This document shows, piece by piece, positions 44,584 through 53,685 of a stretch of 64,000 nucleotides of DNA. Origin of the DNA: an uncultured Clostridia bacterium. Its GTDB lineage: Bacteria; Bacillota; Clostridia; Christensenellales; UBA1242. The DNA lies in assembly GCA_944381215.1 (NCBI GenBank), contig CALWKF010000006.1, positions 6,473 to 70,472 on the forward strand, given 5' to 3'. The notes beneath the pieces were generated by a model. It was not told where the DNA came from. It worked only from the letters and a program-made list of their open reading frames with translations, and did no database searches. Position 1 is the first letter of the stretch. Each line of letters begins with the position of its first letter. The translations under genes were made by a program, and so were the position numbers.

Positions 44584-45507
44584 TTAATCAAAAGCGCGAG
44601 TAAGTGCATTTAATAAAGTTTGGTAATCAGTAATTGTATTCATCTCGGCGCGCAGGGCTTTACTGACCTCGGCGTGCTTTAAATAATAGTTTAGATGTTT
44701 GCGCATAAGAGGTATTGCTCGACGCTCGCCGTAAAAGGAAATGGCGAGTTTATAGTGCTCTAAAATTGTCTCGTAAATTGAATAATTATACTCGCGTCCG
44801 CTTAAATCTGCAAAAATCTGCGGGTTACCCAAGGCTCCCCTGCCGATTGCCACCCCGTCGACCCCGTACTCTTTTATTTTCTTAAACGCCTCGGGGGCGG
44901 AAGTTATGTCGCCGTTACCGATTACTGGAATAGAAACGGCCTGTTTTACTCTCCCAATTTCGTCCCAGTCGGCACGCCCGCTGTAGCCCTGCTCCCGAGT
45001 ACGCCCGTGCACGCAAATTAAACTAGCACCAGAGTCCTCACACATTTTTGCAAAGTCCACGGCATTGATACTTTCGCTATCCCAGCCGATGCGCATTTTT
45101 ACCGAAATAGGCTTTTTAGAGTGCAGTCTTGCCGACTCGATTAGTTTGCTGGCCCTCGGCGGATCCTGCATCAGTGCGCTACCCATATGATTTTTTACGA
45201 TTTTAGGCACGATGCACCCCATATTTATATCGATTATACAAAAGGGGTCGAGGTCGGCAAGTTGCACGCAGTCGCCTAAAATACCCGGCTCATCGCAAAA
45301 GAGTTGCACCGCCGTTTTTTCATTCCCTTTGGCTAGCAACTCCAGCGTGTTTTCCGAGCCGTAAACTAGTCCGCGCGCGCTCACCATTTCGGTAACCACG
45401 AGCCCCGCCCCTGCCTCGCCACAGATTTTGCGAAAGCACACATCGGTTAGTCCCGCCATGGGGGCAAGGATAAAGGGGTTATCTATTGTTTCACTACCAA
45501 TTTTCAT
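44584..45507 (-). CDS. dusB: tRNA-dihydrouridine synthase
   Basis: LAPMAG.TD..FR, the active-site region DINMGC.V.K and a TIM-barrel pattern. I moved the start to the ATG at 45507, which has a TAGGAG RBS. Confidence 0.88.
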   Translation of the reverse strand: MKIGSETIDNPFILAPMAGLTDVCFRKICGEAGAGLVVTEMVSARGLVYGSENTLELLAKGNEKTAVQLFCDEPGILGDCVQLADLDPFCIIDINMGCIVPKIVKNHMGSALMQDPPRASKLIESARLHSKKPISVKMRIGWDSESINAVDFAKMCEDSGASLICVHGRTREQGYSGRADWDEIGRVKQAVSIPVIGNGDITSAPEAFKKIKEYGVDGVAIGRGALGNPQIFADLSGREYNYSIYETILEHYKLAISFYGERRAIPLMRKHLNYYLKHAEVSKALRAEMNTITDYQTLLNALTRAFD

Positions 45508-45557
45508 GTTTACTCCTAAGAACAAAAAAAGAAGCCATTTGGCCTCCCTTTTAAAAT

Positions 45558-45833
45558 TTAAGCATTAACAGCGTCTTTCAAACCCTTGCCTGCCTTGAAT
45601 GCAGGAACTTTGCAAGCGGCGATTTTAATCTGGGCGCCTGTAGCAGGGTTAATACCAGTGCGAGCAGCACGAACGCGAGCTTCAAACTGGCCAAAGCCTG
45701 TCAAAATAATTTTGTTACCTGCACGCATTTCCTCTTGGATAACATCCAAAACTGCGTTTACAACTTTTGCGGTCTCAACATTGCTCATGTTTACTTTGCT
45801 AGCAACCGCAGAAATAAATTCTTGTTTGTTCAT
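45558..45833 (-). CDS. hup: DNA-binding protein HU
   Basis: MNKQEFI...GFGQFEARVRAARTGINPATG..I.I is the canonical HU sequence. Confidence 0.92.
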   Translation of the reverse strand: MNKQEFISAVASKVNMSNVETAKVVNAVLDVIQEEMRAGNKIILTGFGQFEARVRAARTGINPATGAQIKIAACKVPAFKAGKGLKDAVNA

Positions 45834-45937
45834 TACTTAAATACTCCTTTTTGTAATGTTGAAATGAGTATAACACATTTTGCGCATATTTCCAAACGAT
45901 TTTACTGAATTTTTGTCAAATTTGTGCTAAAATTGGC

Positions 45938-46228
45938 CTAAAAATCGCTAAAATCGGGGTTTAGAGCCCTATTTAGAGCCGAAAATGGATGAAATTTGGG
46001 CACAAAACGAGCCCGAGTTAGCACAACCTGCGACCGTGAAAACAGATATTTTTGCGTGCTCGGGCGGAAATCTGCCACGAATTTGCCGAAATTACTGAGG
46101 CTAATTTCCTCTCCGCGCGCGAGTATTTTTGTAATCTCTGTAAACGCGGTTTTGAGGACAAGGTCGACAATACTCTTAGGCATTTCCGTCCGCATAGCAA
46201 TTAAATGTGTTAATTCCTTTCTATTCAT
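45938..46228 (-). CDS. divergent HU/IHF-family DNA-binding protein
   Basis: 96-aa ORF with the HU fold pattern (MNRKELTHLIA...SLSNFGKFVADFRPS), but the beta-arm lacks the conserved R-N-P-x-T. It starts 6 nt after the spoVB-like stop. Confidence 0.65.
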   Translation of the reverse strand: MNRKELTHLIAMRTEMPKSIVDLVLKTAFTEITKILARGEEISLSNFGKFVADFRPSTQKYLFSRSQVVLTRARFVPKFHPFSALNRALNPDFSDF

Positions 46229-46234
46229 AACAAA

Positions 46235-47800
46235 TTAATTATTGCCATCATTTGGAACTTTAACCACTTTCTTTTTGAATATTGATAGAAGGTTTACAAA
46301 GTCAAAGCCAAACGACCACAGCGAAAAGACGTACAATATAGCCCCGCCGATTATACCGAGAATCAGTACCAAATAGCCCCTAATTGGCAGGAGCACTATA
46401 TTTAATAGATACACCCCCAGCATTCCCGCCCCCGCGAGACTTGGAAGAGTGAGCCTCATTTTGTACCTAAATTTCAGTTTATGTAAGTACATTGCGTTAA
46501 ATAGGCATGATAATATATAGAATGTGGCGGTGGACAACGCGAGGCCGTAGATATTTATCTCGGGAATTGGCACCAAAATCAGCGTGAGCACGACCTTGAC
46601 AACCCCTGATAAAATCATATTTAGCATCGTTACCCTGCCCTTACCGAGGGCTTGGAGCGCGCTATTCTGTACTTGCAGTAACGAGCCAAACAAGATTATC
46701 GGCGCACCGAGTAGCAATAGATTTTTTGCAATTTCTACATACTGCGCCCCGCCCATGCCATTATATAGAATATTTAAAAGCGGGCTAGCCAGCACGCAAA
46801 AGGCCACAATTACAGGTAGGCAAAAGGCAATCGTTACCGTATACGCAGTGCTCAGTTTTCGCTCTATCGCGCCCCTATCCTTTAAACTCGCCACCGCTGG
46901 CACAATTGAAATCGCCACCGCTAAACACAGGGCAATCGGCATGTTTACGAGACTGTTTACCACCCCGCTGTCTATTCCCCAAAGAATTGTGGCAGTACTT
47001 TGGTCCACACCCGCGTACGAAAGTAAGTTTACGATTAAAAAACTATCTAGCATTATAAGTAGTGGCAACACAATTTGCGTTAGCACAATCGGAGTGCTTG
47101 TGCGAATCAACTCCAAAAACACCGCTTTTTTAGTACTATGCACTACATTTTGCGAAGAGTTGTACTCCTTTTTACGCGATTTTAGATAAAATATGCATAA
47201 TACCGCGACAGTGAGGATTTCGCTGATTGTTACCCCAAGAATTGCGCCAAACGCGCCCCACTCTATGCCGTAACCTAAAAACAAGTAGGCAAAAAGAAGG
47301 CCGAACACGAGTTTACCGCCCTGCTCGATGATTTGACTGAGAGCCGTTGGAATCATGTTGCTATGCCCTTGGAAATACCCGCGGAAGACACTCAAAACAC
47401 ACACAAAAAAGACTGCGGGCGCGATTCCTAGATACCCCAAAGTACTCCCCGTGTTCCCTTGCAGTGAGGCAATCGTGTGTGAAAGACCCGCTATTAAGAT
47501 ACTCGCGACAAGGCCGACTACCACCATAGTAATTAAACTGACCTTAAATACTGCACGCACGCCTACGTAGTCGCCGTTACTCAATCTGTTTGCGGTCATC
47601 TTGCTAATCGAAGTCGGCATTCCGCTACTGGATAGAACGATGAGTAGCGAAAAGACTGGGAAAATCAGTTGATACAGCCCCAGCCCTTCTGCCCCGAGTA
47701 TCCACGTGAGCGGAATTCGGTAAATGGCGCCCAAGATTTTTGCAATCGCGCCACCTATAAAGAGTATAGCGACTCCGCCTAGAAAGGTTTGTTGTTTCAT
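46235..47800 (-). CDS. spoVB: SpoVB-like MOP/MurJ-superfamily flippase
   Basis: 521-aa polytopic protein. Its N-terminus (FLGGVAILFIGGAIAKILGAIYRIPLTWILGAEGLGLYQLIFPVF) is typical of SpoVB and polysaccharide-biosynthesis flippases. Confidence 0.65.
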   Translation of the reverse strand: MKQQTFLGGVAILFIGGAIAKILGAIYRIPLTWILGAEGLGLYQLIFPVFSLLIVLSSSGMPTSISKMTANRLSNGDYVGVRAVFKVSLITMVVVGLVASILIAGLSHTIASLQGNTGSTLGYLGIAPAVFFVCVLSVFRGYFQGHSNMIPTALSQIIEQGGKLVFGLLFAYLFLGYGIEWGAFGAILGVTISEILTVAVLCIFYLKSRKKEYNSSQNVVHSTKKAVFLELIRTSTPIVLTQIVLPLLIMLDSFLIVNLLSYAGVDQSTATILWGIDSGVVNSLVNMPIALCLAVAISIVPAVASLKDRGAIERKLSTAYTVTIAFCLPVIVAFCVLASPLLNILYNGMGGAQYVEIAKNLLLLGAPIILFGSLLQVQNSALQALGKGRVTMLNMILSGVVKVVLTLILVPIPEINIYGLALSTATFYILSCLFNAMYLHKLKFRYKMRLTLPSLAGAGMLGVYLLNIVLLPIRGYLVLILGIIGGAILYVFSLWSFGFDFVNLLSIFKKKVVKVPNDGNN

Positions 47801-47897
47801 ACCCTTATTTTTAGCGATTACAATCTATTTATACTTTTTCACTGCCAATTTTTAAGAGATTTAACTCAATTTCCATTTTGCGAATAGATTGGTCTTG

Positions 47898-49232
47898 TTA
47901 AAGGGCCACGACTCTGTTTTGTAGTTGCGTGCACAAAGAGAGGAGTTTTTCGTGGTCGCGCCCTTCGACCAGCACGCGCACGACGTCCTCGGTCCCACTA
48001 GCGCGCAAGATTATGCGACCGTTTAGCCCGAGTTCTTCCTCCAAGGCCTGCACATACTCCTCTAACACCCCAGAGCTTACTAGGGCTTTTTGCCTGTCGC
48101 TCACGGGGATGTCCGAGGTAACGACGTCGGTACGCTCGAGCCCAACAAGAAGTTTCTCGACGCTCTCCCCGTCCTTAATTAGCACTTTTAGGAGCATAAG
48201 TGCCGTACTTAGCCCGCACGATTCCGCACCCACATCGCCAAGTATTATGTGGCCGTTTTCCTCGCCACCTAGGTTGTAGCCGTTTTTAATCATTTCTTCG
48301 CGGATAAAGAGGCCACCCACGTCGGTCCGCACGATTTTGATGCCAAGTTTACCTAGGCTCTCCTCCAGCCCGCAATTTGCTATGGTAGTTGTAACCACGG
48401 TGTCGCTTTTTAGTAGTCCGCGTTTATGCATGTATTTTGCGAAAATGTACATGAGGTCCGTGCCGTCGAGCACTCGGCCGTTCGAGGTAACCACCAGCAC
48501 TCGGTCGCCGTCGCCATCGAAGGTAAAGCCAAGGTCGACTTGATTTTTTACGCACTCCACGACAAATTTCTCATAGTGCGTGCTACCGCAGTCGATGTTT
48601 ATGTACTCGCCGTGGTCGGTGTTGTTGTAGCAATACACATGCGCACCTAGGCGTTTAAACACATAAGGGACAATGTTATACGTTGCGCCGTTTGCGAGGT
48701 CGAGGGCGATTTTGTAGCCACTTAAACTCGGCATTTTTAGAGTGTTTAGCAAGTGGTCGACCCAGAGTTTGCCTAGGTCCTGCCTCGAAATTAGCCCGAT
48801 ATCTTCCGCATCGCACCCGAGAAAGTTGTCAATATCGTAGTATATTTTTTCGATGCTATTTTGCTCCTCTAAGGGAATCTTTTCGCCCGCGGAATTATAG
48901 AATTTTATGCCGTTAAATACGGGCTGATTGTGACTGGCGGTAATCATGACCCCGCCGTCGACATCGAGCGCGTTTATTAAAAAACTCGTGGCTGGGGTCG
49001 GCAAAATGCCCGTTAAAATCGCGCTAAACCCCATTGAATTGAGCCCTGATACGAAGCTAGCGACTATCATAGGCCCAGAGACGCGTGTGTCCCGAGATAC
49101 GAGTACTTTCTTAAATCTTGCGTTTTTAGACAAATTGACCGCAAAGGCCTTCCCTAACCTTAGGGCTACCTCAGCGGTCAACTTTTCATTTGCTATTCCT
49201 CTAATTCCGTCCGTACCAAACAATTTACGCAT
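47898..49232 (-). CDS. glmM: phosphoglucosamine mutase (alpha-D-phosphohexomutase family)
   Basis: FGTDGIRG, the active-site loop TASHNQPVFNGIKF, the metal loop FDGDGDR and GEENGH. Confidence 0.82.
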   Translation of the reverse strand: MRKLFGTDGIRGIANEKLTAEVALRLGKAFAVNLSKNARFKKVLVSRDTRVSGPMIVASFVSGLNSMGFSAILTGILPTPATSFLINALDVDGGVMITASHNQPVFNGIKFYNSAGEKIPLEEQNSIEKIYYDIDNFLGCDAEDIGLISRQDLGKLWVDHLLNTLKMPSLSGYKIALDLANGATYNIVPYVFKRLGAHVYCYNNTDHGEYINIDCGSTHYEKFVVECVKNQVDLGFTFDGDGDRVLVVTSNGRVLDGTDLMYIFAKYMHKRGLLKSDTVVTTTIANCGLEESLGKLGIKIVRTDVGGLFIREEMIKNGYNLGGEENGHIILGDVGAESCGLSTALMLLKVLIKDGESVEKLLVGLERTDVVTSDIPVSDRQKALVSSGVLEEYVQALEEELGLNGRIILRASGTEDVVRVLVEGRDHEKLLSLCTQLQNRVVAL

Positions 49233-49235
49233 ACA

Positions 49236-50165
49236 CTAACCTCGTGATTTTTTTGCGTACATGGCGGCGTTGGTACCTGCAATTGCGCCATCTGAAATGG
49301 CGGTCGCGATTTGGCGAAGGGACTTCTTTGTGATGTCCCCCGCAGCATAGACTCCTGCTAAATTCGTTTCCATTTGCTCGTTTACTACGATGTAGCCGTT
49401 GTCAAGCGTTACAGTACCGTCGAGCATTTCGGTATTCGGGTTTCTGCCAATAGCGACAAATACACCTGAAAGTGGCAGAGTCTCCGTTTCGTTCGACACA
49501 ACATTGCGTAAAACTAGCCCTTCGACCTTGTCCGTGCCGACAATTTCGACAGCGACGCGGTCGAGTTTGAGCTCAATATTGTTCTGCTCCGAACCTAAAA
49601 GTTCATCCAGTTTTTTCAGTGTCGCATCATCCGCGCGGAAGCCCTGTCGCCTGTGAATTAAGTAGAGTTTCTTCACAATCGGCGCGAGATACAGCACATC
49701 ACCTAGGGCCGTATTTCCCCCGCCCACGACCGCAACAGTCTGGTCCTTGAAAAAGGCACCGTCGCACACCGCGCAATAACTCAGGCCCTTACCTACGAAC
49801 TTTTTCTCGTTTGGCACGCCGAGCCCGCGCGAGTACGCACCCATACTTAATATGATACTTTTGGCCTGGTATGTTACTCCGCCAGCCACGACTTCCTTGA
49901 TTTTTCCACTCAAGGACACCTTGTCAACGGAGGCAAACACGGTCTCCACTCCTAGTTCGGTCATCTGCTCGAACATGTTTTGGCTCAATGTAAAGCCGTC
50001 GACATTTTTAAACCCTGGGTAGTTTGCAATGCTGTTCGTGATTGCCACCTGCCCGCCTACGCCTGCTTTCTCAATCAGCAACGTTTTTGCGCCAGCGCGT
50101 GTCGCGTAAATTCCCGCGGTCATCCCCGAGGGGCCACCGCCGATAATGATTACATCGTATTCCAT
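49236..50165 (-). CDS. trxB: thioredoxin-disulfide reductase
   Basis: GGGPSG FAD motif, redox CAVCDG and NADPH motif GGGNTA. Confidence 0.92.
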   Translation of the reverse strand: MEYDVIIIGGGPSGMTAGIYATRAGAKTLLIEKAGVGGQVAITNSIANYPGFKNVDGFTLSQNMFEQMTELGVETVFASVDKVSLSGKIKEVVAGGVTYQAKSIILSMGAYSRGLGVPNEKKFVGKGLSYCAVCDGAFFKDQTVAVVGGGNTALGDVLYLAPIVKKLYLIHRRQGFRADDATLKKLDELLGSEQNNIELKLDRVAVEIVGTDKVEGLVLRNVVSNETETLPLSGVFVAIGRNPNTEMLDGTVTLDNGYIVVNEQMETNLAGVYAAGDITKKSLRQIATAISDGAIAGTNAAMYAKKSRG

Positions 50166-50248
50166 ACTAACTCCTATGATACTGCCACTTTTATGGCCTT
50201 TTAATGAATATTATATACAAAAAAAGCCAAATTGCAAATCAAATTGGC

Positions 50249-50848
50249 TTATTTTTTATTTCTATTATGACGATTTTGTGCTTGCGAGTCGTCGATTAGG
50301 TAGTTTACTTGCATATTAGGGGCTATTCCAGTTCCCTCGTTTACGGTAATCTTTGCCTCTTTTTTCGCGTGGACTGTGCGCATAACTTTTCGGGCGATCT
50401 GTTGTGCGATTAGTATCTCAATCCACAGAGCCAAAAAGAAATTCCTTGGCCAAGCGAGCAGAAAATCGGTGAAAATTTCTGTTGTCACCGTGCCCGTGCT
50501 AATTAGTTCGCCGTAGATTAGCCCGAGCCACGTCATTCCAAAGGACATAACCAGCACAGTAAACAGAATTCTAAACAATATTCGCGCGTTGAAGCCGTCG
50601 GTCTGCCCGCCGAACTTCTTGCACATAAACTCGGCAAACTTACCTGCGACAAAGTGTTCCATTAACATTGCTAGCACAAAAAACAGCGGAAATGAATAAA
50701 GTATCGAGATTATAACTCCGCCATCCACCCTGCCAGCACCAAGTATGATATTAATAGCGCACATAAGCAGTGCCGTGATTCCCGCAATTACCACTCCGTA
50801 TAGTAGCCCTTCCTTTTGGTTTTGGGGCAAGCGGTCTTCTCTTTGCAT
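50249..50848 (-). CDS. polytopic membrane protein, function unknown
   Basis: 199-aa ORF with an AAGGAGGG RBS and 4-5 hydrophobic helices. I recognise no motif with confidence. Confidence 0.55.
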   Translation of the reverse strand: MQREDRLPQNQKEGLLYGVVIAGITALLMCAINIILGAGRVDGGVIISILYSFPLFFVLAMLMEHFVAGKFAEFMCKKFGGQTDGFNARILFRILFTVLVMSFGMTWLGLIYGELISTGTVTTEIFTDFLLAWPRNFFLALWIEILIAQQIARKVMRTVHAKKEAKITVNEGTGIAPNMQVNYLIDDSQAQNRHNRNKK

Positions 50849-50863
50849 TTTATCCCTCCTTTT

Positions 50864-50904
50864 TACGAGAAAAAAAGAAAGCGCAAGCCCAACTGGACTT
50901 ACGC
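50864..50904 (-). promoter_or_regulatory. terminator-like hairpin + U-run inside the 5' leader of the 50249..50848 gene (attenuator/riboswitch expression-platform candidate)
   Basis: Minus strand: GCGTAAG-tccagttggg-CTTGCGC (one mismatch) followed by TTTCTTTTTTTCTCG, then the RBS AAGGAGGG. An alternative small hairpin, GCAAA-agt-TTTGC, overlaps its 5' arm. Confidence 0.45.
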
Positions 50905-50935
50905 AAAACTTTTGCTACTCGTTGATTATGAATTT

Positions 50936-50964
50936 ATTATAACAAATTTATGCTAAAAAATCAA
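50936..50964 (-). promoter_or_regulatory. sigma-A type promoter (TTGATT-17 nt-TATAAT)
   Basis: On the minus strand the sequence reads TTGATT ttttagcataaatttgt TATAAT. It would give a leader of ~80 nt. Confidence 0.55.
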
Positions 50965-51032
50965 GCATTTGTGCAAATTTTTTTGAATAATCTAGGCATT
51001 TTTACACAAAATACTAAAAAACGGAGGATATT

Positions 51033-51461
51033 ATGGATAGAGATTTTGAACTACTTACCAGCATTTATCAAAACTGCGAAACAGCGATAAAGAGTATCGA
51101 AGATATTGAGCCAGCGGTCGAAAATGAGGAGTTGCGCGCCGAACTGCGCGAGGAAATGGAGCACTACCGCGAGTTTGCAAAAAAGTGTAAGTCCATAAAC
51201 CCCGAATTGCCTGATAACAATGCATTTGAAAAAGCAAAGTTGTGGACCTCGATTAAGATGACCACGATGTTCGATAAGTCCACAAGGCACCTTGCTGAGA
51301 TGCTGTTACTCGGTACAGTTATGGGGACCTTGCAGTGCTACAAGGACATTAGCGATTACAGGTCTTCAAGTCACGACTTACTCGAACTCGCTGGCGAACT
51401 GCTACGTATGGAGGAGGGACACTTTAATTATTTAAAGATGTTTTTGCAGAAGGATATATAA
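51033..51461 (+). CDS. hypothetical helical protein
   Basis: 142-aa ORF with a GGAGGA RBS. Its composition predicts an all-alpha fold, and I recognise no motif. Confidence 0.55.
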   Translation: MDRDFELLTSIYQNCETAIKSIEDIEPAVENEELRAELREEMEHYREFAKKCKSINPELPDNNAFEKAKLWTSIKMTTMFDKSTRHLAEMLLLGTVMGTLQCYKDISDYRSSSHDLLELAGELLRMEEGHFNYLKMFLQKDI

Positions 51462-51493
51462 TTTAGTCGCTTATATTTTGATAAATATATTCC

Positions 51494-51562
51494 CTACTGC
51501 AAATTATTATTTTAATCTTACTACAAATTATTATCTTTTTAACTACAACAAGTTATTATTTA
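51494..51562 (+). repeat. three tandem ~23-bp imperfect repeats
   Basis: CTACTGCAAATTATTATTTT, CTTACTACAAATTATTATCTTT and AACTACAACAAGTTATTATTTA. Confidence 0.75.
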
Positions 51563-51687
51563 AAAATTATAAAATACAATTTGCGAGCAAAATTTAATAA
51601 ATGACGTTTACATTAATTACATGAAATTTATATTATTTATACTAATACTTGAATATTATATTATTTGAAACTGAAACGTCATAAAAA

Positions 51688-51720
51688 CAAAAAAGCCTAG
51701 GTGCGTGCCTGGGCTTTTTG
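51688..51720. terminator. bidirectional rho-independent terminator (acpP on minus, 51033 ORF on plus)
   Basis: AAGCCTAGG-tgcgtg-CCTGGGCTT (one G:U pair), flanked by an A-run and a T-run. Confidence 0.7.
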
Positions 51721-51727
51721 ATTTAGT

Positions 51728-51964
51728 TTACTTTTCTGCAATCTTGCTCTCGATGTAGTCAACGAGTTTACCAATGGTGTCGAGGTTCTTCGCCTCGTCA
51801 TCGGGAACAGTGATGTCGTACTTGTCCTCTAGGGCAATGAGCATCTCCACCATGTCAAGTGAGTCGGTGTGCAAGTCCTCTACAATTCGAGAATCTCTCG
51901 TGATAGTTTTAGGGTCGATATTTAATTGTTCAGCTAACAATTGAGTAATTTCGTCGTATACCAT
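51728..51964 (-). CDS. acpP: acyl carrier protein
   Basis: 78-aa ORF with the phosphopantetheine attachment motif LHTDSLDMVE. Confidence 0.9.
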   Translation of the reverse strand: MVYDEITQLLAEQLNIDPKTITRDSRIVEDLHTDSLDMVEMLIALEDKYDITVPDDEAKNLDTIGKLVDYIESKIAEK

Positions 51965-52291
51965 TACTTTCGTTTCTCCTTTTCGCGTTTGAATATTTTT
52001 ATTTTATCATAGAATAAAAAAGTTGTAAAGCATTTTTTATACACGTGTCAAAAAACTTTATGAATTTACCCCACGCCTTAACTTAATTTATGCCACCCAT
52101 TTTTATTTTGTTAGTATTAAATTCTTGTTTGTAGGCTTATTTTATTTGTACTACTTTTTACTAATTATGGTTTATTTTTAACACAACTTTTTACTTAATA
52201 GACTTCTTGCCTAATATTTTTAACACATTATTTTGCTTGTTAGACTAGTCGATTTTTTAATAATCTTGTGCGCAAAAAGCGAAATTTAGAG

Positions 52292-52346
52292 AGTACTATG
52301 CAATGAATTTTAAGTACTATGCAATCGTAAAATAATGCATAGTACC
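52292..52346. repeat. three copies of the AGTACTATGCA motif (two direct, one inverted)
   Basis: AGTACTATGCA at 52292 and 52313, and TGCATAGTACC at 52336. Confidence 0.85.
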
Positions 52347-52430
52347 TATATTTTAGCGTTTTTTAATAAAAAAAGACACTTTTTTAATAAAATTTACTTT
52401 AAGTAGGTAAATTTATAAGTGTCTTTTTAA

Positions 52431-53012
52431 TTACTTTTCAGATAGGTCGAGATAAAGATTTGGGTCTACGAGTTCGTTATCAAGCAATACTTCAAGGTGT
52501 AAGTGTGGGCCGTCGTTTGCCTCAGACTTTGCAGTGTCACTAACCTGGCCGATTACGCTCCCCTTTGTAACGGTGTCACCAGCCTTTACTGGTACGTCGT
52601 TAGCAAGAGAAGCATATACAACTGTAATTCCACCACCAACATCAAGTTTTACAATGTTGCCCATAAGGTAGTTGTAAGTAACTTCGGTAATCGTGCCGTC
52701 CATTACGGCGTAAACCTCGGTCCCCTCTTCTGCTGCGAAGTCAACAGCCTTGTGTGATTGCCATACGTTTAGAGTGCTGTTGTACTGCAAAGCCGTGTTT
52801 GAAAAGGTTTTGAGGGTCGTTACCTCAGTTAGTGGGTTTGCGAAACTGATTGTAGGTGTGTCAACAGGCTCAAAATCATCATCGGGCACAGTGGCTCTAC
52901 CTACTGCGGTTAGTGTAATCACTGTAATTAATACAGCGATACTCAGGGCTAACCCTATCCAATACCCATATTTTTTCATAAATTTTGTAAATGTAATTTT
53001 GTTTACTTGCAT
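52431..53012 (-). CDS. membrane-anchored M23 (LytM-domain) metallopeptidase, possible SpoIIQ-type protein
   Basis: N-terminal TM helix (YWIGLALSIAVLITVITL) and intact Zn ligand motifs HKAVDF (HxxxD) and GPHLHLEV (HxH). Confidence 0.75.
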   Translation of the reverse strand: MQVNKITFTKFMKKYGYWIGLALSIAVLITVITLTAVGRATVPDDDFEPVDTPTISFANPLTEVTTLKTFSNTALQYNSTLNVWQSHKAVDFAAEEGTEVYAVMDGTITEVTYNYLMGNIVKLDVGGGITVVYASLANDVPVKAGDTVTKGSVIGQVSDTAKSEANDGPHLHLEVLLDNELVDPNLYLDLSEK

Positions 53013-53132
53013 TTCTCTTTCCTCCTCTGCGCATAATTGTTGACTGCAAATTCACAAAATAAACATATTTTTTATAAATTTTTTAGTTTTATATTTTGTA
53101 TAACAGGCAACAATCTTTTCTAGGAGCGAGAA

Positions 53133-53597
53133 ATGACCAAGATTTGTTCAATATTATTTATACTTTTAACTATTATATTTTTGTCCCCAACGTTCACTCT
53201 TGCGGACATTGGAAAATACATAGACGGCACCTTTTACATTTATACATACGAGCCATTTTTTAGTACAGATGCTACAACCATAAAAAATGGCATGGGTTAC
53301 ATAATTTCGACTGAATCTAAAAATGCTAAAACGGTCTATTCAGCCTTGAATAAATCGAGTATTACGGGGATGAGTTTAGAGTTTGAGGACCATGACTTCG
53401 ACCTCGAAAAATTTATTGATAAACTTGAAATTGAGATAAAAAGTATAGAAAAACTCGAAAATTTCACGTTTTTTTATGGTTTTTCACCACTTTTTGATGA
53501 TTTTGTGAATTTGGACAACGAAAATATCAACATTCAAATGGCGATAAAATCTAACACTATTCACATAGGCGTGCCACTGATTTTAGGTAGTATTTAA
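53133..53597 (+). CDS. hypothetical secreted protein
   Basis: 154-aa ORF with a GGAGCGAG RBS-like sequence and a signal-peptide-like N-terminus (ICSILFILLTIIFLSPTFTLA). The gene is AT-rich. Confidence 0.5.
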   Translation: MTKICSILFILLTIIFLSPTFTLADIGKYIDGTFYIYTYEPFFSTDATTIKNGMGYIISTESKNAKTVYSALNKSSITGMSLEFEDHDFDLEKFIDKLEIEIKSIEKLENFTFFYGFSPLFDDFVNLDNENINIQMAIKSNTIHIGVPLILGSI

Positions 53598-53653
53598 AAT
53601 CGAAATAGTATGAATGTGATATACACCGCGCTAGCCTAGTGTCATTTTAAAAT

Positions 53654-53680
53654 AAAAAAATACACTTAAAAAGTGTATTT
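53654..53680 (-). terminator. rho-independent terminator of the 53686..54360 gene
   Basis: TACACTT-aaa-AAGTGTA, followed by TTTTTTT on the minus strand. Confidence 0.65.
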
Positions 53681-53685
53681 ATAAT

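Noticed and set aside
47898-49232. The GlmM active-site loop reads TASHNQP instead of the usual SHNP
   Set aside because: This is a single Pro-to-Gln substitution next to the phosphoserine. The rest of the motif set is intact, so it is probably within normal family variation and not worth a finding without an alignment.
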